Under the pieces are notes generated by a model. That model was not told the DNA's origin and searched no databases. It saw only the letters and a list, made by a program, of their open reading frames with translations. This document shows positions 51,560-63,298 of a DNA stretch of 64,000 nucleotides, piece by piece. The stretch comes from an uncultured Gemmatimonadales bacterium. Its GTDB lineage: Bacteria > Gemmatimonadota > Gemmatimonadetes > Longimicrobiales > RSA9. The DNA lies in the NCBI GenBank assembly GCA_963783305.1, contig CAWAMW010000012.1:64001-128000 (forward strand), written 5' to 3'. How positions within the stretch are numbered: position 1 is the first letter of the stretch; each line of letters opens with the position of its first letter. Position numbers and translations under genes: made by a program.

Positions 51560-54500
51560 GTGCCGCCCCTGAACAGGCAGACGATCCAGGTGTTGCTGGT
51601 CGAGGATGACCGGGACGGTGCCGAGATCATCCGAGAATACGTAGCCTCTGCGCCGGGGCTGGATGTGCGGCTCCACCGCGCCGAGACCCTCGCGAGCGCC
51701 GAAGCCCGGCTGCGCGAGGAGCCCGAGTTCGACCTGGTGGTGCTCGACCTCACCCTGCCGGACGCGGCGGGGACCGAGACGCTGGACCGGGTGGCGGCCC
51801 TCGCGCCGCGTCTGCCGATCGTCGTGCTGGCCGGGCTCGAGGACGCGGAGCTCGCCTGGGAAGCGGTCCGCAGGGGAGCCGCCGACTACCTGCTCAAGGA
51901 CGACCTGACCCCCGACCTGCTACTCAGCTCGCTCCGCTACGCCCTCGACCGGGCCGAGGGCGTCCGCCGACAGCGGGAGAGCGAGGAGTGGTTCCGGGCG
52001 CTGGTGGAGAACGTGTCCGACGTCGTGGCGGTCCTGGACCCGGAGGGCTTCCTGCGCTATGCCAGCCCATCGCAGCGCGCGGTGCTCGGCTACGATCCGG
52101 GATCGCGCGTCGGAAAGAGCGTCCTGGAGCTGGTCGCGCCCGAGCATCAGGACGAGGCGCGCGCCCTGCTGAAGGAGCTGCTGGAGGGCGGGGAACGGGT
52201 CAGCTTCCAGCTGCCGGTACGTGCGGCGGCGGGTGACTGGCGGATCCTCGTGGGCGACGCGAGGAACCTGCTCGACGTGCCCGCCGTCCGGGGCGTGATC
52301 GTCACCGCGCGAGACGTCACCACCGGCGTGGAGCGTGAGCGGCTGCTGCAGCGGCACACGGACGAGCTTACGGAGCGGGTGAAGGAACAGCAGTGCCTCT
52401 ACCGCGTCCTGCACGTCCTCCACGCCGCCGCGCCGACCCCTGTCGCGGTCTTCGATGAGGTCGTCGCGGCGATTCCGCACGGCTTCCAGTTCCCCGCCTC
52501 CACGGCGGCGCGCCTCCGCATCCGCGAGCGCACCTGGTCCTCGCCCGGGTTCGAGGAGACACCCTGGTGTCTCGAGGCCCTCGTGCGGGTGGGCGCCGCG
52601 GCGGATGCGGGGGTCATCCAGGTGGTGCGGACCGGGCTGGAGGAAGGGGAGGGCGCGCCGTTCATCCCGGAGGAGCAGGCGCTGATCCAGGCGATCGCCG
52701 ACGCCGTGGCCCACGCGCTCGGGCTGGCCCGCGTGGAGGAGGAGCTGCGGGACCGGGAGGCGTATTTCCGCGGCATTACGGAGCACTCCACGGACACGAT
52801 CTTCATCCTCGACGGCGACCTCGTCCCGCAGTACATGAGCCTTGCCGGCGTGCGGGCGCTCGAGCCCGAGGCATTCGAGGAGGGCAGGACCCAGGGCCCC
52901 TGGCCGGACCTGTACAAGCGTGTCCACCCCGATCACCTCGAGCCCCTCCGGGCCCTGCTGTTGGACACGGGCGCCGCCGAGGGCGAGGCGCGCCGCATGG
53001 AGATCCGGGCGCGGGTAGGCGACGAGTGGCGGACGCTGGAGCTGGCCGTTCGCAATCTCCTGGACGACCCGGCCGTGGGCGGGATCGTGGTCAACGCCCG
53101 GGACATCACGGAGCGGCGTCGCACGGAAGAGCGCTACCGGACCCTCTTCGAGACGACGGGGCAGGGAGTGATGTACCAGAACGCCGACGGCACGATCGTC
53201 TCGGCGAACCCGGCGTCGGAGCGGATCCTCGGCCTCACCGTGGACCAGATGGTGGGTCGCAAGAGCGTGGACCCGCGCTGGCGGGCCGTACGTCGGGACG
53301 GCAGCCCATTCCCCGGGGACGAGCAGCCCGCCATGAGTGCGCTGCGGACAGGCCAGCCCGCCGAAGATGTCATCATGGGCGTGTACAACCCCCACGAGGA
53401 GCGGACCCGCTGGATCAGCGTTGATGCCCGTCCGCAGTTCCGTCCGGGTGAGGCGGAGCCGTACCAGGTGTACAGCACCTTCACCGACATCACCGATCGG
53501 GTGGACAACGAGGAGTCGCTGCGTCGGAAGGATGCGATCCTGGAGGCCATGAGCGTAGCTGCCGAGCGGTTCCTCGCCGGGGGCCCGGAGGCGGAAGCCA
53601 TGGACGATGTGCTGGGCGCCCTCGGCACCGCCACCGGCGTCTCGTCCGTGGACGTCTGGAAGCTGCGGGATCCGGCCCAGGGATTGGCCGACACCCTGCA
53701 GTACCGGTGGATCGCCCAGGGGAGCCGCTCCGATGTGGGTGGCCCTCCGCTCCAGCCGCTGCCGGCGGATCTGAAATGGAGGGAGCCGCTTCAGCGAGGG
53801 GCCGTGGTGCACGGTCGACGGGACACGCTGCCGCTCCCCGCGGGTGCGGCTCTGGAGCGCATTGGGGTCCGCACGGTCGCGCTCCTCCCGGTCCTCGTTG
53901 GCGCCGATCTGTGGGGCTGCCTCCGTCTCGTGGACCGTACCGCGGACCGCACCTGGTCCACCGCGGAGATCGATGCGCTCAAGGCCGCCGCCGCCATTTT
54001 CGCCGCGGCGCTCCAGCGCCGGCGGGACGAGGACGCGCTCCGCCAGCGGGATCAGCAGCTTCTGCAGGTGCAGAAGATGGAGGCGGTCGGGCGGCTGGCC
54101 GGTGGGATCGCCCACGACTTCAACAACCTGCTCACCGCTGTGAGCGGCTATGCGGACCTGGCGAGCGAGGAGTCGGGCGACCCGCGTGTGGCGGAGCAGA
54201 TGGCGGAGATCCGAAAGGCCGCGGACCGTGGCGCGGGTCTCACCCGGCAGCTCCTGGCGTTCGGTCGTCAGACACTGGTGGAGGAGCGGATCATGGACCT
54301 GGCCGGGGTCGTCCGGGCGATCGAGCCCATGCTCGATCGGCTTCTGGGGGAGCGAATCCAGCTGGAGTCGGTCATCGACCATGAGCGTCACGCCGTGCGG
54401 ATGGACCCGTCGCAGGTGGAACAGGTGATCATGAACCTGGTCCTGAACGCCCGCGATGCCGTGGAGGCGGGCGGCCGCATCCGGGTGTCCGTGGAGGCGC

Positions 54501-55228
54501 TCGAAGTGAAGGATGAGCAGACCCCGGCCATGCTGCCCGATCGGCCGCCGCCGGGTCGGTACGCGTCGCTCACCGTCGAAGACGACGGGGTCGGCATGGA
54601 CGAGTCCGTCGTGGAGCACGTCTTCGAGCCCTTCTTCACCACGAAGGGGCCCGGCCGCGGCACCGGCCTGGGCCTCAGCACCGTCTATGGCATTGTCCGG
54701 GACGCCGGTGGGTTCATCGACGTGCGGTCGGAGCTCGGTGGCGGCAGCCGGTTCACCATCCTGATCCCGGCGGCGGAAGGCGATATCCAGGAGATCGGGA
54801 CAGCCGCGAACGCGGACGGGGAGCAGGAGTCGGGTACCGGCGTCATTCTGGTGGTCGAGGACGAGGCCGCCGTCCGGGCCGTGGCCGTGCGGGCTCTGCG
54901 CCGGTCGGGGTATACGGTGCTGGAGGCCGGGAGCGGTGCCGATGCGCTCGCGCTCATGGAGTCCTACGACGGCCCCTTCGACCTGCTCCTGAGCGATGTC
55001 GTCATGCCCGGCGTGAGCGGCGTCACGCTCTCAATGCGCCTTCGCGAGATCTTCCCGGACCTGCGGGTGATCCTCACATCCGGATATGCGCAGGATGAGT
55101 TCGGCGACATCGATCTCGAGGCGTCCGCCATCGCGTTCCTCCCGAAGCCGTATACGCCTGCCAGCCTGGTGGCGAAAGTCGCCATGGCCATGCGATCCCC
55201 CGAGGCAGCCGACCCGGACCAGGCCTGA
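51560..55228 (+). CDS. Hybrid sensor histidine kinase (REC-PAS-?-PAS-PAS-GAF-HisKA-HATPase-REC)
   Basis: N-terminal REC (LLVEDD, LDLTLPD); PAS ends [38 protein letters not shown]-terminal REC (SDVVMPG). Confidence 0.93.
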   Translation: MPPLNRQTIQVLLVEDDRDGAEIIREYVASAPGLDVRLHRAETLASAEARLREEPEFDLVVLDLTLPDAAGTETLDRVAALAPRLPIVVLAGLEDAELAWEAVRRGAADYLLKDDLTPDLLLSSLRYALDRAEGVRRQRESEEWFRALVENVSDVVAVLDPEGFLRYASPSQRAVLGYDPGSRVGKSVLELVAPEHQDEARALLKELLEGGERVSFQLPVRAAAGDWRILVGDARNLLDVPAVRGVIVTARDVTTGVERERLLQRHTDELTERVKEQQCLYRVLHVLHAAAPTPVAVFDEVVAAIPHGFQFPASTAARLRIRERTWSSPGFEETPWCLEALVRVGAAADAGVIQVVRTGLEEGEGAPFIPEEQALIQAIADAVAHALGLARVEEELRDREAYFRGITEHSTDTIFILDGDLVPQYMSLAGVRALEPEAFEEGRTQGPWPDLYKRVHPDHLEPLRALLLDTGAAEGEARRMEIRARVGDEWRTLELAVRNLLDDPAVGGIVVNARDITERRRTEERYRTLFETTGQGVMYQNADGTIVSANPASERILGLTVDQMVGRKSVDPRWRAVRRDGSPFPGDEQPAMSALRTGQPAEDVIMGVYNPHEERTRWISVDARPQFRPGEAEPYQVYSTFTDITDRVDNEESLRRKDAILEAMSVAAERFLAGGPEAEAMDDVLGALGTATGVSSVDVWKLRDPAQGLADTLQYRWIAQGSRSDVGGPPLQPLPADLKWREPLQRGAVVHGRRDTLPLPAGAALERIGVRTVALLPVLVGADLWGCLRLVDRTADRTWSTAEIDALKAAAAIFAAALQRRRDEDALRQRDQQLLQVQKMEAVGRLAGGIAHDFNNLLTAVSGYADLASEESGDPRVAEQMAEIRKAADRGAGLTRQLLAFGRQTLVEERIMDLAGVVRAIEPMLDRLLGERIQLESVIDHERHAVRMDPSQVEQVIMNLVLNARDAVEAGGRIRVSVEALEVKDEQTPAMLPDRPPPGRYASLTVEDDGVGMDESVVEHVFEPFFTTKGPGRGTGLGLSTVYGIVRDAGGFIDVRSELGGGSRFTILIPAAEGDIQEIGTAANADGEQESGTGVILVVEDEAAVRAVAVRALRRSGYTVLEAGSGADALALMESYDGPFDLLLSDVVMPGVSGVTLSMRLREIFPDLRVILTSGYAQDEFGDIDLEASAIAFLPKPYTPASLVAKVAMAMRSPEAADPDQA

Positions 55229-55301
55229 GACCCGGCCGCCGGCACGACTGTCGCATTCACGGAGCGCGGAACCCCGAATGGATTGGATGTCACGCCTCTA
55301 G

Positions 55302-56336
55302 ATGTCGCGTCTCACTCTCTGGATTGGCTTCAACGTGCTGGTCCTGCTGCTCCTGGCACTGGACCTCTTCGTCTTTCACCGCGAGGCCCACGAGGTCCGG
55401 ACCCGGGAGGCCGCCGGCTGGACCATCTTCTGGATCGCACTGGCCCTGATCTTCAACGCCGGGATCTACTGGTTCATGGGCCCCGAGCAGGGGCTGGCGT
55501 TCCTGACCGGCTACCTCATCGAGAAGGCCCTCAGTGTAGACAACATCTTCGTCTTCGTGATGGTCTTCGCCTTCTTCAACGTGCCGGCGAAGTACCAGCA
55601 CCGCGTCCTCTTCTGGGGGATCCTGGGCGCGCTGGTCATGCGCGGCGCCATGATCGGGGCGGGTGCCTACCTGATCCACCAGTTCTACTGGGTCATCTAC
55701 ATCTTCGGCGGCTTCCTGATCATCACCGGGATCCGCATGGCGTTCCACCGGGCACAGGACATCGAGCCGGAAGCCAATCCCGTGATCCGGCTGGTGCGGC
55801 GGCTGCTTCCGATTACCAGCACCTATCACGGCCAGCGGTTCCTGGTGCGGGAGACGGTAGAGGAGCGGGCGCAGGACGGTTCGGGGATCGTCCGGAACAC
55901 CAGGCTGATGGCCACACCGCTGTTCGTCGTGCTCGTCTTCATCGAGACGACGGACCTCATCTTCGCCCTCGATTCCATCCCCGCCATCTTCGCCATCACC
56001 ACCGACGCGTTCATCGTCTACACCTCCAACGTCTTCGCCATCCTCGGACTCCGGGCCCTCTATTTTCTGCTCGCCAGCGTCATCCACAAGTTCCAGTACC
56101 TCCAACTGGGCCTGAGCGTGGTCCTCGTGTTCGTCGGCGCCAAGATGCTCATGGAAAAGGTCTACCCCATCCCCGTGGGCATTTCCCTCGGGGTGGTCGC
56201 CGTCGTCCTGGCCGCCTCCATCGTCGCGTCGCTCGTCTGGCCGGCGGAGACCGGCGAAGCCACGCCCGCCAACGCCACGACCGACGCGGAGCAGGACCGG
56301 CATCTGGAGGAGCAGGATCCGCCCGAAGCGGCCTGA
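55302..56336 (+). CDS. TerC/Alx family membrane protein
   Basis: GYLIEKALSVDNIFVF, QHRVLFWGILGA, ETTDLIFALDSIPA, SNVFAILGLR. Confidence 0.93.
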   Translation: MSRLTLWIGFNVLVLLLLALDLFVFHREAHEVRTREAAGWTIFWIALALIFNAGIYWFMGPEQGLAFLTGYLIEKALSVDNIFVFVMVFAFFNVPAKYQHRVLFWGILGALVMRGAMIGAGAYLIHQFYWVIYIFGGFLIITGIRMAFHRAQDIEPEANPVIRLVRRLLPITSTYHGQRFLVRETVEERAQDGSGIVRNTRLMATPLFVVLVFIETTDLIFALDSIPAIFAITTDAFIVYTSNVFAILGLRALYFLLASVIHKFQYLQLGLSVVLVFVGAKMLMEKVYPIPVGISLGVVAVVLAASIVASLVWPAETGEATPANATTDAEQDRHLEEQDPPEAA

Positions 56337-56449
56337 CCTCCCCGGCTCGCCCCCGCCTCGCCCCCGCCTCGCCACCGCTTCCAGGGCGCGGATCCTGCAC
56401 GCCGCGACCCCTTCGACGACGCGCAGCCACACGTTCCCGAGGAGCCGCC

Positions 56450-57980
56450 ATGCACCACCCGCTCTGGACCGAGACCGCAGACCTCCCCGAGTACCCACCC
56501 CTCCACGAGGACCTGACCTGCAATGTCTGCGTGGTCGGCGCCGGCATCGCCGGGATCAGCATCGCGTACCGGCTGGCCGGGGAGGGGAAGAGCGTCGTCG
56601 TAATCGACCAGAGCCACCTCGCCGGTGGCGAGACGCACCACACGTCCGCCCACCTGGCCAGTGCGCAGGACGACCGCCTTTTCACCATTGAGGACGAGCA
56701 CGGCGAGACCGGCGCCCGACTCGCCGCGGCCAGCCACGCGGCCGCCATCGACTGGATCGAGCGGGTGGGCCGCGAGGAGTCCATCGACTGCGATTTCCGC
56801 CGCGTCCCCGGCTATCTCTTCCTCGGACCGGAGGACGACCCGGAAACGCTCGACCGCGAGCTCCACGCAGCGCACCGCGCCGGCCTCGCCTGTGAGCGCC
56901 TGGAGGGGGCGCCGATCGCGGGCTTCGACACGGGCCCCTGCCTCCGTTTTCCCGATCAGGCACGCTTCCACCCCCTGCGCTTCGTTGCGGGCCTCGCCCG
57001 GGCGCTGGAGCAACGCGGCGGCCGCATTTTCTCGCATACGCGGGCCGTGGGGATCGACGACAGCCGTTCCAGTGGACCGCGACGGGTCCGAACCGCCGGC
57101 CACGGCGCCGCGGCGGAGCCGGGCGACGCGGAAGGCCCCACCATCACCGCCGACCACGTGGTGCTCGCGACCAACTCGCCGGCCGGGCACTACCTGACCA
57201 CGATGAAGATGGTGCCCTACCGCACCTTCATCGTGACGCTCCGCCTCACGGGCGAGCTCTCCGATGGCCTCTACTGGGACACGGCCGACCCGTACCATTA
57301 CGTCCGCCTGTCACAGGACGCCGAGGGCCCGCTGCTGATCGTGGGCGGAGGCGACTATCAGACCGGCACGAGGGACGAGGGCGACCAGAGGCACGCGTCG
57401 CTCGAGGCGTGGGCGCGGGCGCGGTTCCCGGTGGGCGACGGTCGCCTACCGCTGGTCCGGACAGGTGCTGGAGCCCGCGGACTCCATGGGCTTCATCGGT
57501 GAGGCGGAGACGGAGTCACGCGTCTGGGTCGTCACCGGAGACAGCGGCCAGGGGCTGACCCACGGCGTCATTGGCGCTCTGGTCATCGGAGACGGCATCC
57601 TTGGACGGGAGAATCCCTGGAGCGAGCTCTACGACCCGCGCCGGGTCACGCCCGCGGCCGCGCGCGACTATGTCGTGGACGCCGTGAAGATCGGCTCCCG
57701 GTTCGTCGACTGGCTGAAGCCCGGCGAGGTGAGCAGCGAGGACGAGGTCCCCCGGGGGCACGGCGCCATACTCCGCACCGGTCCCCGCCCCGTGGCCGTC
57801 CATCGGGACGAGCAGGGCACCGTCCATCGGCGCTCGGCCGTATGCACGCACCTCGGCTGTATCGTCCACTGGAACTCCACCATGCAGAGCTGGGACTGCC
57901 CGTGCCATGGCTCCCGGTTCTCGGGGGAGGGGGAAGTGCTGACCGGCCCGGCCGTGGACCCGCTCCACCCGGTGGACTGA
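56450..57980 (+). CDS. FAD-dependent oxidoreductase with C-terminal Rieske domain (YhfW-like), +1 frameshift at about 57440
   Basis: VVGAGIAG; FHPLRF; C-terminal CTHLGC...WDCPCHGSRF. Removing one G restores FPVGDVAYRWSGQVLEP. Confidence 0.9.
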
Positions 57981-58009
57981 GGCGGGGCGGGCCCGGGCCG
58001 GAGGCGTCC

Positions 58010-58354
58010 TCAGGTGGCGGGGAAGACCCGATCCTCGCCGGTCTCCAGGTCGATGAAGCCGTCGCGGATCAGAAGGTCCTCGATGGCCGCGAGCGCCATC
58101 CCGCGCCGCGCCGGCGACCGCTCACCCGGACGATCCGACGCCTTGCCCATCCGGTCGCCCGCCGCGCCCCGTGAGTCGCTCGGGTCCTCCGCCGCCGACC
58201 CCACCGTCTCGTTCAGGTCCAGCACGTTCTCCATCACATACGCCCGCGCCTCTTCACGGCGCTCCTCCGGCCAGTCGCCGCCGCCGGTGGGCTCGTACGC
58301 GTCCAGCACCTCGTCCACGTCGTCTTTCTTGATCTCGTAAGGGACCGGGTCCAT
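58010..58354 (-). CDS. Hypothetical acidic protein
   Basis: 114 aa, GGAGGAG SD upstream, coding-like codon usage. Confidence 0.7.
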   Translation of the reverse strand: MDPVPYEIKKDDVDEVLDAYEPTGGGDWPEERREEARAYVMENVLDLNETVGSAAEDPSDSRGAAGDRMGKASDRPGERSPARRGMALAAIEDLLIRDGFIDLETGEDRVFPAT

Positions 58355-58442
58355 TTCGCTCCTCCTGGTTGTTCACGTTTGGCTCCATGACGTGCCATTA
58401 CCGTGCCGCCGGGACGAAGCCACAACGAGATCCGGCCCCTCG

Positions 58443-59000
58443 TCAGGGACGCCGGCGCGCCACCTCACGCACGTCCACGAAGCGCACACCCTCCGAGTCC
58501 AGCGCCCGCTCCAGCGTCCGCCCCTCCCGGCCCGGCTCCACCCGGACCAGCAGGTACTCCACCGGCTCTCCCAGCTTCGTCGTCCATGCCGGGATGGCGC
58601 CCCGCTCCACCACCTCCACGTCCAGCGCCGCTGTCAGACGCTCCACTCTCGCGCTGTCCACTCCCGCATCCAGGCCGAGGAAGATCAGGCCACAGGCGGC
58701 GTCCAGCGTGCGCGCCTCCGTTCCGCTCTCACCCTCTACCGTCACCCGACACCGGTCCACGATCCGGGCTTCGCTTCCGCCCTGCTCGGGCGGCAGGGTA
58801 TCCTGGCCGTACAACCACTCGCCCGCCGCAATGGCCCGACTCCGCTCGACCGCCTCCCCCACGGGGTCGCCTCCATCCGCGGTCCCGCCGCAGGCCACCA
58901 CCAGCGCCAGCACCCCCGTCAGAACCGGCAGCAGCGAGCCGCTGCTTGCCGCCCTCGACGACCCCGAGCCTTTCCACGTTCCCGTCCCTCGTCGCATCAT
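58443..59000 (-). CDS. Hypothetical probable lipoprotein
   Basis: Hydrophobic stretch ending LVVACGG; start uncertain. Confidence 0.55.
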   Translation of the reverse strand: MMRRGTGTWKGSGSSRAASSGSLLPVLTGVLALVVACGGTADGGDPVGEAVERSRAIAAGEWLYGQDTLPPEQGGSEARIVDRCRVTVEGESGTEARTLDAACGLIFLGLDAGVDSARVERLTAALDVEVVERGAIPAWTTKLGEPVEYLLVRVEPGREGRTLERALDSEGVRFVDVREVARRRP

Positions 59001-59140
59001 GACCCCATCCGCCGGATTTCCAATGACATCGTGCACCGCGCGGTCCAAGATGTCCGGCGCCTCTCGCCCTCACAACCGGGCGCATACAAATTGCACTCGG
59101 ACCGTACACGACCTCAACACCTCCAGACGGAGCCGAACCG

Positions 59141-59506
59141 ATGCCCCTAGACCGCGTCCTCAGCGCTGATGTCCTCCGCTTCGATCTCGATGATGAGGAA
59201 GACAAGGCCACCCACCCCGATACCCTCGAGCGCGACGGCCGCAGCAGCCGGACCCTCCTCAAGGAAGGTCCGCTCCGCGTCACCCTCATCGTGCTCGGGC
59301 CCGGCGGCGGCATCCCCGCCCACGAGGCGCAGGGTCCCATCACCATCCAGTCGCTCCGCGGCACCGTGGAGCTCCGGGCGGGCGACGAGACGTACCGCGT
59401 TGGACCGGGATCGCTGCTCGCCATTGACAGCGCCGTCCCCCACGCCGTCTCCAGCACCGAGGGCGCCGCGTTCCTGCTCACGGTCACACACCCGATGAGC
59501 GTCTGA
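59141..59506 (+). CDS. Cupin-domain protein
   Basis: IPAHEAQGPITIQSLRG...GSLLAIDSAVPHAVSS. Confidence 0.85.
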   Translation: MPLDRVLSADVLRFDLDDEEDKATHPDTLERDGRSSRTLLKEGPLRVTLIVLGPGGGIPAHEAQGPITIQSLRGTVELRAGDETYRVGPGSLLAIDSAVPHAVSSTEGAAFLLTVTHPMSV

Positions 59507-59558
59507 GGCCGGTCCGCCCGCGGCAGGCCGGATGAAGGATGGCAGCACCGGATAGGCC

Positions 59559-59592
59559 GAAGGCCACGAAGAGAAGTCTCTTCGTGGCCTTC
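59559..59592. terminator. Perfect hairpin between the convergent cupin and helicase genes
   Basis: GAAGGCCACGAAGAGA-AG-TCTCTTCGTGGCCTTC, 16-bp arms. Confidence 0.75.
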
Positions 59593-59620
59593 TTGCGTCC
59601 AGCCAGGCGGGACTCGCTCG

Positions 59621-60973
59621 TTATGAGCGCCCGCGTCCGCCGCTCCGCTGGCTCCGGCCGCGGCGACTCCCGCCGCCGTTCCCATTCCCATTGCCGTTGC
59701 CGGCGCCATTCCCACCGCCGTTCTGCGCCTTGCGCTGAGCCTTGGCCTCGGCGCGCTTGCGCCCCTCCGCCCGCTCCGCGCGCATCTTCGCCAGCCGCTC
59801 CTGGAGCGGGACCTCCAGCGGGCCGTCGGCTTTGGCGGCCGGATCGAACCCGTCGAGCGTCCGTCGCTCGATGGATCGTCCCACCTTCCGCTCGATGGCC
59901 TGGACCAGGCTGCGGTCCTCGGGGGTGACGAACGTGTATGCGTCGCCCGTTTCCTCCGCGCGGCCGGTGCGGCCCACGCGGTGGATGTAGTCCTCGGGCG
60001 TCGCCGGAACGTCGAAGTTGATCACGTGGTCGAGCGCCTCCACATCAATGCCACGCGCCAGGATGTCGGTGGCGACCAGGACCCGGAACCGACCGGCCTT
60101 GAAGCCATCGAGGGCCTTCGTCCGCTGGCTCTGGCTCCGGTTGCCGTGGATCCGCTCCACGGCCACACCCTCGCGCTCCAGCTTCTGCGCCACCCGGTTC
60201 GCCCGGTGCTTGGTGCGGGTGAAGACGATGGCGTTGCCCACATCACCGCGCCGGAGCAGCTCCACCAGCAGCGGGACCTTGCCCGTCTGCACCACCGGGT
60301 AGAACGCCTGGAGCACGCCCGCCGCCGGTGCCTGCTTCCGCTCCACGTCGATCCGCGCGGGGTCCTTCAGCATTTCCGCGGCCAGCTTGACAATGGCGTT
60401 CGGCATGGTGGCGGAGAAGAAGAAGGTCTGCCGCGCGCGGCGTGGCAGCTGCGCGATGATCTTCCGGATCTCCGGCAGGAACCCCATGTCCAGCATGCGG
60501 TCCGCCTCGTCCAGGACCAGCGTATCGATCCCCTCGAGCCCGCCGTGGGCACGGCCCATGTGGTCCATCAGCCGGCCCGGCGTGGCCACCATCACGTCCA
60601 CACCGCGCTTGAACGCGCTCACCTGCGGGCCCATGGCTACGCCGCCGTAGATGGCGGCCACCGAGATGTCGGTGCGCGCCGCCAGCTCCCGCGTGTGCTC
60701 CTCCACCTGTGCCGCCAGCTCCCGCGTTGGCACGATCACCAGTGCACGGGTGTGGCCCCGCTCCTGCCCCAGTAGATGCTGGAGGATCGGCAGCATGAAC
60801 GCCGCCGTCTTCCCGCTGCCCGTCGCCGCGCAGCCCAGCACGTCCCGACCCGCGACGCCCGCCGGGATCGCTGTCTGCTGCACCGGCGTCGGCGAGGTGA
60901 ACCCCAGGTCCGACACGGCCGCCAGCAGCCGTGGGTCCAGCATCATTCCAGCAAACTCTTCCTGCTTCGTCAT
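59621..60973 (-). CDS. DEAD-box RNA helicase (RhlE-like)
   Basis: Q motif PTPVQ, ATGSGKT, PTRELA, TPGRL, DEAD, SAT, ARGID, HRVGRTGR; Gly/Arg-rich tail. Confidence 0.96.
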   Translation of the reverse strand: MTKQEEFAGMMLDPRLLAAVSDLGFTSPTPVQQTAIPAGVAGRDVLGCAATGSGKTAAFMLPILQHLLGQERGHTRALVIVPTRELAAQVEEHTRELAARTDISVAAIYGGVAMGPQVSAFKRGVDVMVATPGRLMDHMGRAHGGLEGIDTLVLDEADRMLDMGFLPEIRKIIAQLPRRARQTFFFSATMPNAIVKLAAEMLKDPARIDVERKQAPAAGVLQAFYPVVQTGKVPLLVELLRRGDVGNAIVFTRTKHRANRVAQKLEREGVAVERIHGNRSQSQRTKALDGFKAGRFRVLVATDILARGIDVEALDHVINFDVPATPEDYIHRVGRTGRAEETGDAYTFVTPEDRSLVQAIERKVGRSIERRTLDGFDPAAKADGPLEVPLQERLAKMRAERAEGRKRAEAKAQRKAQNGGGNGAGNGNGNGNGGGSRRGRSQRSGGRGRS

Positions 60974-61024
60974 TCGTTTCCTTCGATTCGGATGTGCCCA
61001 CCCGGCTCCGGATGGGTACGCACG

Positions 61025-61058
61025 AAAAAAGAGCCCCGGCGTCGGCCGAGGCTCTCTC
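61025..61058 (-). terminator. Intrinsic terminator
   Basis: Minus strand GAGAGCCTCGG-CCGACG-CCGGGGCTC followed by TTTTTT, downstream of the kinase stop at 61103. Confidence 0.75.
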
Positions 61059-61102
61059 GATCGTACGAACGCGCCCCCCGATATGGGGACGCGTGCCCGA
61101 AG

Positions 61103-63298
61103 CTAACGGCGATCCCCGTGCGCGTCCAGCACCGCGCGCACGCTCCGGGCGAGGTCGTGGGGCGAGAAGGGCTTCGCGAGGAAGGCGCTGGCGCCGCTCG
61201 CGACGGTGCGTTTGAGCACCTCGTCCTCCGTGTATCCGCTCACGAAGAGCGTGGGGATCTCCGGGAAATGCTCCGCGACTCGCCGGGCCAGCTCCTGTCC
61301 ACCCATGTCCGGCAGCACCACGTCGGTGACAAGCACGTCCAGGGCGGGGAGGTCGCCGGCCTCGATGCGCGCCAGCGCCTCGGCCGGGCTGGCCGCCGCG
61401 GTCACCGCGTAGCCGTGACCGTCCAGGACGCGGGCGGCGAGGGCGCGGACGGCATCATCGTCTTCGACCAGGAGGAGAGTCTCTCCCCCCGCGGCCACGC
61501 TGCGGGGCGGGGGCGCGGCGGCCGCGTTCGGCGAGGGGGGGCTGCCATCCTCCGCCTCCACACGCGGGAGCAGGATCTCGAACTCCGTGCCCGCCCCGCG
61601 GCCCGAGTGCACCCAGACGTAGCCGCCGCTCTGCTTCACGATCCCGTACACCGTGGACAGGCCGAGACCCGTGCCCTGTCCCGACGGCTTGGTCGTGAAG
61701 AAGGGCTCGAACACCTGCTGTCGCGTCGACTCGTCCATCCCGCTCCCGCTGTCCGAGACGCGGAGGCGCACGTACGGCCCGGGCAACACCTCGTACTCGA
61801 AGGACGCCGCGTCGTCCGCCGTCATTGTGGCGCCCTCCACGGCGATCCGGAGCAGACCGCCGCCGGGCATGGCGTCCCGGGCATTCACCGCCAGGTTTAC
61901 GACGACCTGCTCGAGCTGGGTCGGGTCCGCTTTCACCAGCCCGCTGGCGGCGTCCCCGGCGGTCTCCAGCCGGATCCGCTCCCCCAGCAGCCGCTTCAGC
62001 ATGGGCTCCAGACCGCGCACCACGGCGCCCAGCTCCAGCACGCGCGGCTGGAGCACCTGTCGCCGGCTGAACGCCAGCAACTGCCGCGTGAGCTCCGTCG
62101 CCCGACCGGCGCTCCGACGGATCTCGCGAATGTCGTGCGCCATGGGATCGCCCTCCGAGACCGCCTCCAGCAGCAGGTCCGCGTGGCCCTGTACGGCCGT
62201 CATCACGTTGTTGAAGTCGTGGGCGATGCCCCCGGCAAGCTGACCGATCGCCTCCAGCTTCGCCGCCTGCCGCAGCCGCCGCTCCAGCCCACGCTGCTCC
62301 GTCACATCCGCGAACACGCCCACCAGGCCCTGGATCTGGCCATCCGCGCCGCGCACGGCCGCGTTCCACATCCGGACGTCCACCACCCGCCCGTCCTTCC
62401 GCTCGCGCCGAAGGTCGATCCCCTGCAGCAGCTCCCCGCCGAAGCCACGCTCGAACAGCTTTCCAGGCGTGCGCTCCCCCGACGCCGCCTCCAGCGGGTA
62501 CGGCCGACCCAGCACCTCGTCCGCCGACCAGCCGAAAATCTGCTCAGCGGCCCGGTTCCAGTACTCCACGGCCCGGTCCCTGTCGACGCGGATGATCGCC
62601 ACCGGCGCGACGTCCACGATCGCCCGCAGCCGCTCCTCCGCCGCCCGCAGCTCGCGCTCCGCCTGCTCGCGCGTGCGGATATGCCGGCGCACCAGGTACG
62701 CCAGGAGGCTCCACGTGAGCAGCAGCAGCAGGAACGCCGCCGAAACCAGGCCGAAGATCACCTCCATCTGCGCCTCTGTCCGCTCTTCCTCCGCCCGCAT
62801 CCAGCGGGAGAGGTCGGCCAGCAGCAGCGTGCGCTCGTTCTGGTACCGCTGCTTCGCCGCCGCGTAGTCGCGACCCCGGAGCAGCGACCACGCCCGCGCC
62901 CGTTCCCCATCCCGCGCCATCGCCATCGCCCGGTGCTCCATGGCCCCCAGCGTGTCCGCCACGCCCACGATGGAATCGGCGAGCCCCGGCCGATCCAGCC
63001 ACAGGGTCACCGTCCGCAGCGAGGCCAGGATGTCCACGAGCAGCGGGTCCAGCGCGTCGTAGCGCGCTTCCCACGCGGGATCCCCGGTGCTCACCGCCAG
63101 CAGCGCCGACCCCGTCAGCGCCTCGTCCACGTAGTCCAGCCGCCGCGTCAGCTCCAGGACCTGCGTCGAGCGCTCCCAGACCTCCGGTACCCGCCGATGG
63201 ACGTCCCGCACCGCCCAGGCGATGAGCAGGAACGGAGCCAGGCTGAAGGTCGCCGCGAGAGCGATCACGCGACCTGCGATACGGTCTCTGATGATCAA
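61103..63298 (-). CDS. Membrane-bound hybrid histidine kinase (TM-sensor-TM-PAS-HisKA-HATPase-REC)
   Basis: Two TM segments, PAS (WNRAAEQIFGW), [33 protein letters not shown]. Confidence 0.92.
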   Translation of the reverse strand: MIIRDRIAGRVIALAATFSLAPFLLIAWAVRDVHRRVPEVWERSTQVLELTRRLDYVDEALTGSALLAVSTGDPAWEARYDALDPLLVDILASLRTVTLWLDRPGLADSIVGVADTLGAMEHRAMAMARDGERARAWSLLRGRDYAAAKQRYQNERTLLLADLSRWMRAEEERTEAQMEVIFGLVSAAFLLLLLTWSLLAYLVRRHIRTREQAERELRAAEERLRAIVDVAPVAIIRVDRDRAVEYWNRAAEQIFGWSADEVLGRPYPLEAASGERTPGKLFERGFGGELLQGIDLRRERKDGRVVDVRMWNAAVRGADGQIQGLVGVFADVTEQRGLERRLRQAAKLEAIGQLAGGIAHDFNNVMTAVQGHADLLLEAVSEGDPMAHDIREIRRSAGRATELTRQLLAFSRRQVLQPRVLELGAVVRGLEPMLKRLLGERIRLETAGDAASGLVKADPTQLEQVVVNLAVNARDAMPGGGLLRIAVEGATMTADDAASFEYEVLPGPYVRLRVSDSGSGMDESTRQQVFEPFFTTKPSGQGTGLGLSTVYGIVKQSGGYVWVHSGRGAGTEFEILLPRVEAEDGSPPSPNAAAAPPPRSVAAGGETLLLVEDDDAVRALAARVLDGHGYAVTAAASPAEALARIEAGDLPALDVLVTDVVLPDMGGQELARRVAEHFPEIPTLFVSGYTEDEVLKRTVASGASAFLAKPFSPHDLARSVRAVLDAHGDRR

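Noticed and set aside
55229..55301. yybP-ykoY Mn riboswitch upstream of TerC
   Set aside because: The gap is short and lacks the GGGGAGTA/CGTC core.
56345..56377. (CTCGCCCCCGC)x3 after TerC
   Set aside because: Short low-complexity repeat unrelated to the other arrays, with no functional evidence.
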